A stretch of DNA of 64,000 nt from a virus (IMGVR_UViG_3300027874_000011:8121-72120), one strand, 5' to 3'. Shown: positions 28,389 through 37,650, counted from the first letter of the stretch. Translations and numbers: made by a program. Notes: generated by a model not told the origin, from the letters alone.

Positions 28389-28877
28389 TCAGAAGGGCGA
28401 GTCGTCCGGCTCGGTGGCCTCGACCTCGCGCTCCAGGGCTTCTATCGGGATGGGCAGGACTTTCGGCCTGCGCGCCTCGTGCAGGATCTCCTCGATGCGG
28501 TTGAGCAACTGCCGCTCCTCGCTGACGGTGCCGAGCACGCGCCGCAACTCGCTGACGGTGTTGCCGACGAACTCCAAGTCCTCGCCGTCGAGCCGTTCCA
28601 GGGCGAAGTCTTCGAGAGCCTGCAGCAGGTTATCGACCTCGGGCTTCTCGATCAGCGTCTCGATGGTGAAGTCTTCACCCTCGCGCTCCAGGCGCTGCAA
28701 GTCGTCCAGGCGGACGCGGTACGCGCCGCCGATGCGCACGCCAGGGATGCGGCCCTGGCGAATCCATCTCCTGGCCGTGTCTTCATTCACGTCGTACCGC
28801 TCCGCGATCTGCTCGGTGTTCAGATACACGGGCGGCAGCGTCTTGGTGTTGTGGGCTAGTGCTGCGGTTTGGGTCAT
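28389..28877 (-). CDS. Excisionase/AlpA-like HTH (HTH_17) DNA-binding protein
   Basis: YLNTEQIAERYDVNEDTARRWIRQGRIPGVRIGGAYRV. Confidence 0.9.
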   Translation of the reverse strand: MTQTAALAHNTKTLPPVYLNTEQIAERYDVNEDTARRWIRQGRIPGVRIGGAYRVRLDDLQRLEREGEDFTIETLIEKPEVDNLLQALEDFALERLDGEDLEFVGNTVSELRRVLGTVSEERQLLNRIEEILHEARRPKVLPIPIEALEREVEATEPDDSPF

Positions 28878-30041
28878 TTACTCCTCCATGACCGCCACGA
28901 CGGTGCCGCGTCCGGCGTACTTGTCCTTGGCCGCGTCGAGCGCTGACTGGATGTCTGAGGCCAGAACGCGGTCCTGCACCTCGGTCATGCGCACCTTGAC
29001 GGTGAAGAACTTGCTGCCGGGTGGCAGTGGCGTGGCGGCTGTCTCGGTGGTGTTGTTGGTGGTGGGGCTGGTGCTGTCGGTAATCACGAACTGAACGGGG
29101 GCCTCCGTGGGGGCATTGGGCGACTTGGCAGGCGTTGCCACGGCGATCTCGCTTTCGGTGGTTTCGATGGTGACGGGCGGCTCGACCGGAGCCGGGGTCG
29201 GGGCCAATTCGATCATTGGCGTCTTGATCCAGGGTTGCTTGGGGTTGCGTACTTCGATGGAGAACCGAATGCCTGCCGCCACCGCTGCCTCGGAGGTGCA
29301 TACCTCCTCGACTCGCGCCTTGGGCATGTGCGTCCACTGCGATACGTGATACGCAGGGATCGGCCCCGGGTTGCGCTGCAAGTGCTGCACGACCCGCTGA
29401 ATCCAGTACTCCTCGGGCACCCGCTCAGACACGACGTTCCAGACCGTTCCTGGCACGGTGTTGTACGTCGCGGCGATGTCATTGACGGGTTCGCCCGTTC
29501 GCCATAGCTCGACTATTTCCTCCTGTTCGTTGTCGGGGATCTCAGGGGCTTTCATCCGACGCGGGGCGGGGATGATGCGCGCCTGTTGTTCTTCGCGCGG
29601 CATCTCACCCTCTTGGGGTGAGGTGTCTTCTGAGGTGAGCGTGCCGGGCACACCCCAAGCGTCGAGGTCAGCCTGCGTCTCGGCACGTTCGTCCGAGATG
29701 ACGGCCACTCCATTGGCTACTTCTTCAGGCACTTCTTCGACTTCGGCTTCGACTTCTTCCGCTCGCTGACGTTCGACCTCGGCCATCACCCGCCGGGCTG
29801 CCTCCCAATCGCGTTTGGTGTACGGCTCGTAGTCGCGCAAAAAGCTCTGGCGGTCCGAGCGATGTGTTCCGCTGGCCTTGCCCTGCGACATGCCAGGCTT
29901 CTCCTGTACGTAGAACACGGCGATGGGTGTCGTCTTCTTGACCTTGCATATCTGCCCCGGGTGTGGCGCGGTGATCTTGATCCAGCGTGTCCCGCCGGGA
30001 ATGTTGACAACCGGCGCGTGGGATAAATCTTCGTCGGCCAC
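28878..30041 (-). CDS. Hypothetical HTH-containing protein
   Basis: QEEIVELWRTGEPVNDIAATYNTVPGTVWNVV HTH; C-terminus paralogous to 54079-54549. Confidence 0.7.
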   Translation of the reverse strand: MADEDLSHAPVVNIPGGTRWIKITAPHPGQICKVKKTTPIAVFYVQEKPGMSQGKASGTHRSDRQSFLRDYEPYTKRDWEAARRVMAEVERQRAEEVEAEVEEVPEEVANGVAVISDERAETQADLDAWGVPGTLTSEDTSPQEGEMPREEQQARIIPAPRRMKAPEIPDNEQEEIVELWRTGEPVNDIAATYNTVPGTVWNVVSERVPEEYWIQRVVQHLQRNPGPIPAYHVSQWTHMPKARVEEVCTSEAAVAAGIRFSIEVRNPKQPWIKTPMIELAPTPAPVEPPVTIETTESEIAVATPAKSPNAPTEAPVQFVITDSTSPTTNNTTETAATPLPPGSKFFTVKVRMTEVQDRVLASDIQSALDAAKDKYAGRGTVVAVMEE

Positions 30042-30074
30042 TGGTCTGCTCTCCTTTCCAACGTGTGTTGGCTA

Positions 30075-30104
30075 GTTATAGCACGGCCTCGCACGGATAC
30101 GCAA
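30075..30104 (-). promoter_or_regulatory. Sigma70-like promoter TTGCGT-N18-TATAAC
   Basis: Spacer atccGTGCGAggccgtgc. Confidence 0.75.
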
Positions 30105-30182
30105 AATTGGCCTCACACGCACCAGTGAGCAAACGTTGAGAAACGCACGCGCTCGGCGTTGCCTGTGTTAGGCTCGGATGGC

Positions 30183-30428
30183 GTGACGACCGAGGCAACA
30201 GTCGCCCCGAGCGCCAGGCCCGTATACCTCACCACGGAGGACATTGCGGTGCGCTACGGGGTCAACGAAGACACAGCTAGAAGGTGGATTCGCCAGAAGC
30301 GCTTACCCGCGATCAGGATCGGAGGGGCGTACCGCGTACGTCTGGATGACCTGTTGCGCCTGGAGCGCACCATCGCTGCCGAGCAGAGCAGCGGCGCACC
30401 CGCCGATACCGACAACGAGCCGTTCTAA
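30183..30428 (+). CDS. Excisionase/AlpA-like HTH (HTH_17) protein, paralogue of 28389-28877
   Basis: YLTTEDIAVRYGVNEDTARRWIRQKRLPAIRIGGAYRV; start uncertain (30159-30183). Confidence 0.85.
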   Translation: MTTEATVAPSARPVYLTTEDIAVRYGVNEDTARRWIRQKRLPAIRIGGAYRVRLDDLLRLERTIAAEQSSGAPADTDNEPF

Positions 30429-30459
30429 CGGTCAGGGCCGCTGGCACCGTCACTTCAAC

Positions 30460-30588
30460 GTGCAGTGCCGGCTCTGTACTCGGATGATCTGGCCGCGCGT
30501 GACATGTGTGACCAAGACACCCGCGCGCAAGTGCCCCATCCCCGACATCGCCATCTGTCCGGAGTGTCGTAAAGTCTCGGCCGTGTGA
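30460..30588 (+). CDS. 42-aa zinc-ribbon microprotein
   Basis: CRLC ... CPEC; its stop overlaps the next start (GTGA). Confidence 0.5.
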   Translation: MQCRLCTRMIWPRVTCVTKTPARKCPIPDIAICPECRKVSAV

Positions 30589-31628
30589 GCTTGAGCCGTG
30601 TCCGCGAGCACTTACTGGCCGAGGCGTTCGCCTTCACGCTGGTGGGTGGAGTCGCGGGCGCGATCATCGGCCTTGCCAGTGCACTGCCGCCACTGGGCAC
30701 CAGCGGCACGATTGAGACAGTCGCGACTGTCGAGGCCGTGCTGCCGACCGAGGAGTCGCCGCCGACGCTGGCTCCCGTTGTCGTGCTGACACCAGGCCCT
30801 GGACAGACCACGCCAGCCGTTGTCATTGTGGTCGTGCCGCCGAGTGTTATCCCCACGGACACACCCGTTGACATACCAACTGACGTGCCCACTCAGCCAC
30901 CCGCCGCAGCACCCGCGCCGACCGAGACGCCTGAGCCAACCCAGGCCCAGGTCGCGGATGTGCCCACGCCGCCACTGGTGGTTCTCCAGGCGAGCGCCAG
31001 CCGGCCCGTGCCGATCCGCGCACCGACCGTGCGGCCTCTGACGCCGCGACCGGTAGTCCGCGCCGCGCCCGTGGTTCCCAGTGTTCCCAGTTCTCAAGCT
31101 GAGCCAGTTGTGAGCGAGCCGGAACCGGAACTGGGCACGGAGCCTGACATGTCGCCGGTGTCCATCCCCACGCCCCAGGCCACGCCCGTCCCATCACAGA
31201 CGCCGACGCTTCAGCCGACGCCGACTGCTGTGCCGACGAGCGCCCCAACGAGCGTTGCCCAGGTGGTGGTGACACCTCTGCCAACAGTAACCGCGACGAG
31301 CACGCCGAAACCTGCACCGAGCGCGACATCGACGCCGGTCACGCCCAGTCCGTCCCCGACGCGCAAGAAGGCGACGGGCGGCGGCAGTGCGCCCGCGCCG
31401 AGCGCCACGCCGACGCTTGCACCGCCGACCAGCGCACCGGCGACCAGCACCAGCCTGCCGACGCCCGCGCCGAGCATTGTGCCAACGCAGACGCCGCGTC
31501 CGCTGACATCTACGCCCACGCTCCTGCCAGCTACCTCCACCTCGACGGCTGGTCCGACTCGTACGCCGACCCCATGTGGCAACAACGGCATCAACTGCCG
31601 CACGCCCACACCCACGGCCACGCCTTGA
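30585..31628 (+). CDS. Membrane-anchored Pro/Thr-rich (mucin-like) surface protein
   Basis: N-terminal hydrophobic helix followed by about 300 aa of PT/TP repeats; CGNNGINC near the C-terminus. Confidence 0.75.
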   Translation: MSLSRVREHLLAEAFAFTLVGGVAGAIIGLASALPPLGTSGTIETVATVEAVLPTEESPPTLAPVVVLTPGPGQTTPAVVIVVVPPSVIPTDTPVDIPTDVPTQPPAAAPAPTETPEPTQAQVADVPTPPLVVLQASASRPVPIRAPTVRPLTPRPVVRAAPVVPSVPSSQAEPVVSEPEPELGTEPDMSPVSIPTPQATPVPSQTPTLQPTPTAVPTSAPTSVAQVVVTPLPTVTATSTPKPAPSATSTPVTPSPSPTRKKATGGGSAPAPSATPTLAPPTSAPATSTSLPTPAPSIVPTQTPRPLTSTPTLLPATSTSTAGPTRTPTPCGNNGINCRTPTPTATP

Positions 31629-31631
31629 GTC

Positions 31632-31901
31632 ATGAACGATCCCATCGTCCTGATCGCGGCCATCATCGGCGCGCTCGCCGGTGCTGTCAGCTTCCTGTTC
31701 CGTCAGCTAGTGCTGACCAAGAACCACCGCATCAACGACCTGACTGACGAGCGCGACTACTGGCGCAAGATCGTGCTGGCGTTCTCGAAGCTGCCGGATG
31801 GCACCACCGTGCCCGACTACGACGCCTGGTTCCAGCAGCAGCACCGCGTCACACCCACCGGTCGCGAGCCATACCTCATCGACCGTCCACCGGAGGTGTG
31901 A
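31632..31901 (+). CDS. Single-TM small membrane protein (holin-like context)
   Basis: PIVLIAAIIGALAGAVSFLF followed by a charged coiled segment. Confidence 0.65.
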   Translation: MNDPIVLIAAIIGALAGAVSFLFRQLVLTKNHRINDLTDERDYWRKIVLAFSKLPDGTTVPDYDAWFQQQHRVTPTGREPYLIDRPPEV

Positions 31902-31942
31902 TGCGGTCGCCACCTCCGCGTCGTCGCGCTACCCTGCGCGAC

Positions 31943-32119
31943 ATGGCAACCACGACTCCGCGCACCTACTCAACGTGGTGGATTATCAAGCTCATCTTGC
32001 TGATCCTGGCGCTCATCTGTTTCGGGGCGGCGGGCTTCTTCGGCGTCACCAGTGCTGGCCCCGTCATGCTGGTCCCGGCTGGTCTGTTCTTTGGCTTCGG
32101 CTCGATGCTGCCCATCTAG
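31943..32119 (+). CDS. Two-TM small membrane protein
   Basis: WWIIKLILLILALICFGAAGFFG...MLVPAGLFFGFGSMLP. Confidence 0.65.
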   Translation: MATTTPRTYSTWWIIKLILLILALICFGAAGFFGVTSAGPVMLVPAGLFFGFGSMLPI

Positions 32120-32136
32120 CGATAACCGGTGATCGC
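32119..32136. promoter_or_regulatory. Palindromic operator-like site GCGATAACCGGTGATCGC
   Basis: One mismatch; at the end of the + strand island. Confidence 0.7.
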
Positions 32137-32307
32137 TTGAGGCCGTAGGCTCGCTCGAAGGCGGCTGCGCGGTCTTGCCAGCTTGTTTGGCTCGAATCGC
32201 CTCCAGGCCCTTGCGTCCGTTGCGCTTCGCCCGGCACACGCGGCACTGGATGTGGCCCTTCGAGAGAATCCGATGTGTCCTGCATCTCGGACACAGAGGG
32301 TAGTGGT

Positions 32308-32484
32308 TCAGTGGTCCGCACACGCGGTGTGGATCTCACCGAACTTGGCGGCGGCGACCAGCCACACGTCGATGCTGACCGGTAGCTGGATCTTGAGCTT
32401 CTGGCCGCAGATCGTGCAGTGCACGCTCATGTCTCGATCATGCACCACGATGTGGTCGCGGCCAACGTGGAGTGTCTCAGGCAT
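32308..32484 (-). CDS. Small Zn-ribbon protein
   Basis: HCTICG...H..C; RBS GAGGAAG. Confidence 0.6.
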   Translation of the reverse strand: MPETLHVGRDHIVVHDRDMSVHCTICGQKLKIQLPVSIDVWLVAAAKFGEIHTACADH

Positions 32485-32695
32485 CTTCCTCAGAGTTCGG
32501 CGTCTCGCCGTCCTGGGTCGGCACGAACTGCCAGGTGTGGCCGTTGGGACACGTGCCGCGCCACATCGCACCGGTGCCCGACGTGTCAAACTCGCTGTCC
32601 AGATACAGCACGTTTTCGACGGGGCACACCAGCAGCTTGGCGTCCACGCGCTTGCCGACGATCTCGACCCAGGTCACTTCGCGTTCGATGGTCAT
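32477..32695 (-). CDS. Small hypothetical protein
   Basis: ATGA-coupled; CPV...CPNGH. Confidence 0.6.
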   Translation of the reverse strand: MTIEREVTWVEIVGKRVDAKLLVCPVENVLYLDSEFDTSGTGAMWRGTCPNGHTWQFVPTQDGETPNSEEDA

Positions 32696-32958
32696 AGCTG
32701 TCGATCTCCCGTGCGTATTCGCGGAACTACCGGCCAGTCCACGTCGTCGCGCTCGGGGAAGCCGACCTCGGGCGTCTCGGGTTCGGGCGGCGGCGGGATC
32801 TCCAGGGTCAGCGCGTACTCGTCGTACACGCGGCCCCATCCCTGGGGCACCGCGACGTTGATCGGGAAGGCGACCTCATCCCAATCCAGCGTCGGGCGGC
32901 GCTTGGTCAGGCGACACTCGCCGCGCCCGTTGACGATCAGATAGACCCGAACGCTCAG
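32692..32958 (-). CDS. 88-aa hypothetical protein with probable CTG start (not in ORF track)
   Basis: Fills the gap exactly: CTGA overlap with the upstream stop, GGAG RBS, ATGA overlap at its own stop; LSVRVYLIVNGRGECRLTKRRPTLDWDEVAFP... Confidence 0.6.
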   Translation of the reverse strand: MSVRVYLIVNGRGECRLTKRRPTLDWDEVAFPINVAVPQGWGRVYDEYALTLEIPPPPEPETPEVGFPERDDVDWPVVPRIRTGDRQL

Positions 32959-33452
32959 CTTGCTGGCTCCAGGGTGATGACGCCCACAGCAGGCGCGCCG
33001 GGCTGGATGTCGTACAGTCCGCTCTGCGCACGAACGTCCGCGCCGTCCGCTCCTGGCGTGGTCGCCACCACCCGGAACACACCGCTGCCCTGCAGGAAGT
33101 GGACCGTGGCCGTCTCGTCATCCGAGTCGGAATCCGAGTTGGGGTTGACGCTGACGGCGGTCGAGGCCGCGCCGGTGTCGTCCTCGGCAGTCCAGTTGGT
33201 CTGCGTTTTGTCGTGCGGGATCGAGGTGTCCAGACGGTCGTACCAGTCCACCTTGGCCGGGCAGTCGTCAGAAGGGATCGGGGTCGGGGTGGTGACGGTG
33301 GTCATGCTTTCGACTCCATTGATGAAGATGCGCCCGTAGCGAGGGAGCGCGTTCCAGTGCTCAAGTTCACGGGCAATCCCCTTGAGCGCCACGTAGATAT
33401 CGGCAGCATAGTCAAGCAGGCGCGCAACCGTCTGGTCCTGCTCACTCGGCAT
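32955..33452 (-). CDS. Hypothetical protein
   Basis: Operon-coupled ORF. Confidence 0.65.
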   Translation of the reverse strand: MPSEQDQTVARLLDYAADIYVALKGIARELEHWNALPRYGRIFINGVESMTTVTTPTPIPSDDCPAKVDWYDRLDTSIPHDKTQTNWTAEDDTGAASTAVSVNPNSDSDSDDETATVHFLQGSGVFRVVATTPGADGADVRAQSGLYDIQPGAPAVGVITLEPAS

Positions 33453-33645
33453 GGCTTTCCATCAGGTTCACGATCTCGCGCGCGCGCCGCCTGAAGTGCT
33501 GCAGGATGAAATCGCTGTCGCCGTTCATGGTGTCCAGAAACAGCGCGAAGTCGCGAACAGCGGTGTGCACGAGGTCGGCCTGCTGGTCGTCCAGGGTCAC
33601 ACCGTTGATGCTGATGTCGATCTTGAGCTTCGGCTGCAGCGGCAT
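33442..33645 (-). CDS. Small hypothetical protein
   Basis: Operon ORF. Confidence 0.6.
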   Translation of the reverse strand: MPLQPKLKIDISINGVTLDDQQADLVHTAVRDFALFLDTMNGDSDFILQHFRRRAREIVNLMESHAE

Positions 33646-33648
33646 CTG

Positions 33649-34005
33649 TCAGTTCATCGAGATCGGGCCGAGGAAGATCTGGATCTCCTTCGACTCGCCC
33701 TCGCCCACGGTGCGCACCTTCAGCGGTGTGCGCTCCTGCAGCGCCTGCTCCTGCAGCTTGATGGTCATCGCCGCCAGAGAGATGACCTTGGTGGCCTTGG
33801 CGTGCTCGCGGTTGCGGCCCCAGGCGTAGAACGTGTACAGGCAGATCACCAGCCAGAAGCCGAACAGCAGGACGCCGAGCGAGCCGTCGTCAGCCAGCCA
33901 GTGCTTGGCGTTGAACACCAGCCACCCTACATTCCAGACCGGCAGGAACACGCCCATGCCTGGCCCCCACATCCAGCCGAGCGCGCGCTTTATCTTCCGA
34001 ACCAT
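33649..34005 (-). CDS. Small membrane protein
   Basis: Two hydrophobic Trp-rich segments; start uncertain. Confidence 0.6.
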   Translation of the reverse strand: MVRKIKRALGWMWGPGMGVFLPVWNVGWLVFNAKHWLADDGSLGVLLFGFWLVICLYTFYAWGRNREHAKATKVISLAAMTIKLQEQALQERTPLKVRTVGEGESKEIQIFLGPISMN

Positions 34006-34346
34006 TCCCAGTGTCCTCCTGGGGGTAACGGCTTGTCATTCCAAGGGTTCTCGGGTGGTGGATTCCACTCCCCCGAGCGCGCCACGGCCTTCCCGATGTC
34101 TCGCGCGTACTTTGCCAGTGTGCGCACGATCTCGTCGTCATGGGGCGTGTCAGCGGGAAACATCATACGGGTTCGCACATTGCCAGGGCGATGTGGATCG
34201 AGCACCAGCCAGATGGCGCAGCCGGCGGCGCGCAGATCTCTAACGAAGGCATCCGCCAGGGCTGGCGGCAGGCCCGTGTCCTCCACGAGCCAGTCGTCGG
34301 GCGGCTTCAGGATCTTGTCGCGCTCGCGCCTGCTGCGCTTGCTCAC
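33990..34346 (-). CDS. Hypothetical protein
   Basis: Operon ORF. Confidence 0.6.
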   Translation of the reverse strand: MSKRSRRERDKILKPPDDWLVEDTGLPPALADAFVRDLRAAGCAIWLVLDPHRPGNVRTRMMFPADTPHDDEIVRTLAKYARDIGKAVARSGEWNPPPENPWNDKPLPPGGHWEWFGR

Positions 34347-34482
34347 GCCAGAACTCTGTCATGAACGCCCGCTGCGCGGCATCTACCTGCTCCCATGTCG
34401 GGCGGCTCGGGTCGTCCTCGTCCAGGCCAACGTGGTCGATCAGCAACCGGCGAAATCGCTCAGAAGCCTCGCTCACGCGCTC

Positions 34483-35784
34483 TCAGAAGGCTAGACCGCT
34501 GCCGTCGCCCTCGGTCGTGTCTTCGGTCGTCTCCGCAGGCGGTGGGCTGGCGGGCCTGCTAGGGGCCTCTGCGGGCCGATCCTCGTAGTTGCGCTCGAAG
34601 ATCTCGCCGTAGCGACGGGCGTTCATGGTCTGGCGTGCCGCCCCGAGCGCGGCCAGTAGCTCTGCGGCCTGCTCGTCGGTGGCCGTCTGCAGGAACGCCG
34701 AGAGACTGCCGGTGCGACCGGTGTGGTGCAGGATGAACGCCGCGCGACCGGCGTCGGTCGCCAGGTCGTGCACGCGGCCCTCGTTCTCCCAGGTCACACC
34801 GCGCGCCATCGCGTGCCAGCTTCTGGTCCAGTGGGCTTGATCGGCGCGACCGCCAGCTTCGAGGATCAGCATCTGCTCCTCGGTCGGCTCCTCCACCTCG
34901 ACCTCGACCGGGCCGTCGTTCGCCAACTCCTCGTACGTCGGCATGTCCGGCGCGGGCAGCATCAACTGAGCGCCCTCGCGCAGCGCCTGGGTCGCGATCT
35001 CGCGAAAGGTGCGCGATCCGAGTCGGACGCCTTCGGGCGGGGTCGTCACGATGGACCAGACTGGGATCTGACGCATGGTGCCGTCCGGCCCGCTGACGTT
35101 GGGGCGGTGCACGATCTTCAACTGGAAGGGCAGGCCCGCGATCTTGCCGTGGGTGAACTGAGACGTGAAGGCAAGCTGGCCTAAGATGTTGCGGACCGAG
35201 TGGCGGCTGGTCGTTCTTATTGCATACACGCCCAGGCCATCAGGGAAGATCACTTCGCTGCCGCCCTCGGTCCACTCGGCCAGCACGAAGAAGATGCGCG
35301 TGTCGGCCTTGCACGTGCGCACCAGGCGCTCGTACTCGGAGCTACCGGCGGGGAAGACTCGGTGCAGCGGCTGGCCGTGGTTGGCCTCCATCGTCTGCGG
35401 CCTGTTGTCGATGTAGGTAATCTGAGTCCCATCGCCATAGGCTTCCAGGCGCGTGCTGCTGTAGCGACTGAAGATGGTGTTGATGAACGCCTGCGGCGAA
35501 TCGAGCGGAAAGGCAATCGTCAGGTGTCCCCAGGCGTTTTCCTCAAGGATGCGCCGCAGCCCGGGAGCCTGGTTGAGCGGGTCATGCAGATGGATCTGCT
35601 GCTCGTCGCCAGGGCGTGTAGCTCGCGGCAGGCCGACGTGACCGTCGCGGCCCTGGGCGCGATAGCCGGCTGAAATCAACGCCAGTGGCGTGACGCGCGG
35701 TGTCTCCGACGAATAGCCGCCGGCGTACGGGTCCAGGCGTCTGAATTCAGGAGTCGCTTGCTGGATGCTGGTGGTGGTCACCAT
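34483..35784 (-). CDS. Recombination directionality factor-like (Gp3-like) protein
   Basis: ISAGYR...GLP...LTIAFP.D...CKADTRIFFVL...LGVYAIRTTSRHS..NILGQL...LPFQLKI...IPVW pattern. Confidence 0.6.
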   Translation of the reverse strand: MVTTTSIQQATPEFRRLDPYAGGYSSETPRVTPLALISAGYRAQGRDGHVGLPRATRPGDEQQIHLHDPLNQAPGLRRILEENAWGHLTIAFPLDSPQAFINTIFSRYSSTRLEAYGDGTQITYIDNRPQTMEANHGQPLHRVFPAGSSEYERLVRTCKADTRIFFVLAEWTEGGSEVIFPDGLGVYAIRTTSRHSVRNILGQLAFTSQFTHGKIAGLPFQLKIVHRPNVSGPDGTMRQIPVWSIVTTPPEGVRLGSRTFREIATQALREGAQLMLPAPDMPTYEELANDGPVEVEVEEPTEEQMLILEAGGRADQAHWTRSWHAMARGVTWENEGRVHDLATDAGRAAFILHHTGRTGSLSAFLQTATDEQAAELLAALGAARQTMNARRYGEIFERNYEDRPAEAPSRPASPPPAETTEDTTEGDGSGLAF

Positions 35785-35947
35785 CGTTCTCCTACGACCA
35801 GAAAGAGCAGGCCCGCGAAGACCAGCATGGCGACGATCATCGCCACGTGGGTCCACGGATTTTCGAGCCAGCAGTAGTGCGGCTTGTCGGGGTAGAAGCC
35901 GCCGAGCAGCGGCATCTGCGGTTGCGGGTGGTGGTGTGGCTTGCGCT

Positions 35948-36190
35948 TCACCGTGTCAAAAGTGTGGTCGAACCGAAGGTACGCAGTCGGCGGTTTGCCT
36001 CGGCTCGCGCGCTGTGATGGCCGATGTGGAAGTGCTCGCCGTGATTGCCAATCAGACATGGGTACACGTCCAGCAGCACGCCGTGGCGTCCGTACGCGCC
36101 ATTCGCGGCGTCCCGCGCTTCGTCTTCGGTCCAGTAGAGCTTCTTCTTGAAGCACGCTTCATACGCGCTCTGGTTGGCGTTCATTGACAT
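35948..36190 (-). CDS. Small phage protein with C/H motif (Y.C...HxHIGH)
   Basis: CFKKKLYWTEDEA...VYPCLIGNHGEHFHIGH; same family as 60780-60953. Confidence 0.6.
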   Translation of the reverse strand: MSMNANQSAYEACFKKKLYWTEDEARDAANGAYGRHGVLLDVYPCLIGNHGEHFHIGHHSARAEANRRLRTFGSTTLLTR

Positions 36191-36422
36191 CCTTTCGTGG
36201 CAGGGGCAGGGTGACGCCGCCTGTCGGCCGGTTGGCACGCCAGGCACTAAACGTTCTGAGGAACTCGGTGTCGTAGTCGCGCGAGGTGTCGCACCAGCGC
36301 GGGTCAGTCCGACACTGCGGACACTTCTGCTGGTGCTTCTCCTTGGCGATCAGCGTCTCCAGCGCGCCATTGGCGAGCATGCACACGCGGTCGTGATTGG
36401 GCGGTAGTTGGGTGGTGGGCAC
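36159..36422 (-). CDS. Small Cys-rich hypothetical protein
   Basis: RBS AAAGGAG; CPQC...C. Confidence 0.55.
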   Translation of the reverse strand: MPTTQLPPNHDRVCMLANGALETLIAKEKHQQKCPQCRTDPRWCDTSRDYDTEFLRTFSAWRANRPTGGVTLPLPRKDVNERQPERV

Positions 36423-36437
36423 TCGGATCTCCTTTGC

Positions 36438-36980
36438 TCAGTGCCAGTAGTGCTGGAGCAGGATGACGGCGACCAGCATGAGCGCCAGCAGGCCCATGCC
36501 GATCAGGTACCAGACGGTCAGGGTGCTCACACGCTCACGGAGTAAGCCGACCTCCTGTGTGCTTGCCATGTTCACCAGGCGCGCCTCGTTCTGCGTCGTG
36601 CGCTTGTCGAGTAGCTCGATGGCCGTGGGTGGCTTCGGCACCAGCGCGCGCAGCCGCTCGATCTCCTTCTCGGAGCCAGCGATGGCGGCAACGGCTGTCT
36701 CGTGCTCGGCGGTCATCTGCGCTCGCAGGCGCACGATCTCGTCCTCGATGATGGCGTAGAACGGCTCGCCCGGCGGCCACTCCAGCCCCAGGCGCTCGAC
36801 CATCCTGGCCTGGATCTCGTGCTCGACGGCCAGCCCGCCCGTGCCTGCTTCGTAGCCCTCGCGGTGGCCGGTTTCGTACTCGCTCTCGATTGGCTCATCG
36901 CCCCCAGGGACAGCCGCAGGTATCGGAGTGGTGGGTGAGGATGTGGACGGCAATCGCCCACCAGCGCCGGAGTCGCTCAC
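36438..36980 (-). CDS. Coiled-coil protein with C-terminal TM helix
   Basis: GTGA-coupled start; C-terminal WYLIGMGLLALMLVAVILL. Confidence 0.65.
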   Translation of the reverse strand: MSDSGAGGRLPSTSSPTTPIPAAVPGGDEPIESEYETGHREGYEAGTGGLAVEHEIQARMVERLGLEWPPGEPFYAIIEDEIVRLRAQMTAEHETAVAAIAGSEKEIERLRALVPKPPTAIELLDKRTTQNEARLVNMASTQEVGLLRERVSTLTVWYLIGMGLLALMLVAVILLQHYWH

Positions 36981-37177
36981 CCACCGGTCCCTCGGTACCC
37001 CGGTCCTCGGTCGCCACCGGCCAGCCCAGGCCCGTCGCCTGACTCGCACGCGCAGCGCGAAGTGGGTGCGCCGCAGTCTTCGCACGGTACGTTGACCGTG
37101 GTCATGCACCAGTCCCTGCGGTGCTCGGGGTGGCCGCAGTCGGCGCATGTCATACGTGTGACATGCTCGGTCACCAC
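36977..37177 (-). CDS. Small multi-Cys zinc-finger protein
   Basis: CADCGH.H...C...CEDC...CAC. Confidence 0.55.
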   Translation of the reverse strand: MVTEHVTRMTCADCGHPEHRRDWCMTTVNVPCEDCGAPTSRCACESGDGPGLAGGDRGPGYRGTGG

Positions 37178-37503
37178 GGATCTGCCTCCGTGCCGCTGCC
37201 GTTGCTGCTGAGGGCAGGAAGCTCGGCGGGTTCAACGAAGCTGTCCCACTCGTCCTGCTCGTTGGGCCGTTCGTTCAACCAGATCAGGAAGTCGCTGAGC
37301 GCCGCCAGGTGCGGGCTGAGCGAGCCGGACATGCGGGCACTCCACTGCGCGCCGCGACGGAAGCCCATCTCGAAGATCTCGCGCTGGCTGTAGTCGGTCA
37401 GGTTGCGCCCGTGGATCGAAGACCACCATGCGTGCTCGATGGCCGCGTGTGGATCGCGCGTGACTTCGCGCTCGGTCACTCTCGAAGCGTACGCCAGCAT
37501 CAT
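37171..37503 (-). CDS. Hypothetical protein
   Basis: ATGA-coupled to an upstream 46-aa TM ORF (37500-37640). Confidence 0.55.
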   Translation of the reverse strand: MMLAYASRVTEREVTRDPHAAIEHAWWSSIHGRNLTDYSQREIFEMGFRRGAQWSARMSGSLSPHLAALSDFLIWLNERPNEQDEWDSFVEPAELPALSSNGSGTEADPW

Positions 37504-37650
37504 TCCCAGTCCACCCGTACCGGCGCGCCCGAGGACGCACGGAAGCGCGCATCCCGCTCGTTGGCCCACATCACCAGCGCGACCCAGGCCAGGATGACGC
37601 CTGTCACGAACGCCAGCACCAGGCTCACTCGCCGTTTCATGATTTCGTAG

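Noticed and set aside
31632-32119. Definite holin/lysis cassette
   Set aside because: The TM proteins are holin-sized, but there is no adjacent endolysin and the location is in the early region.
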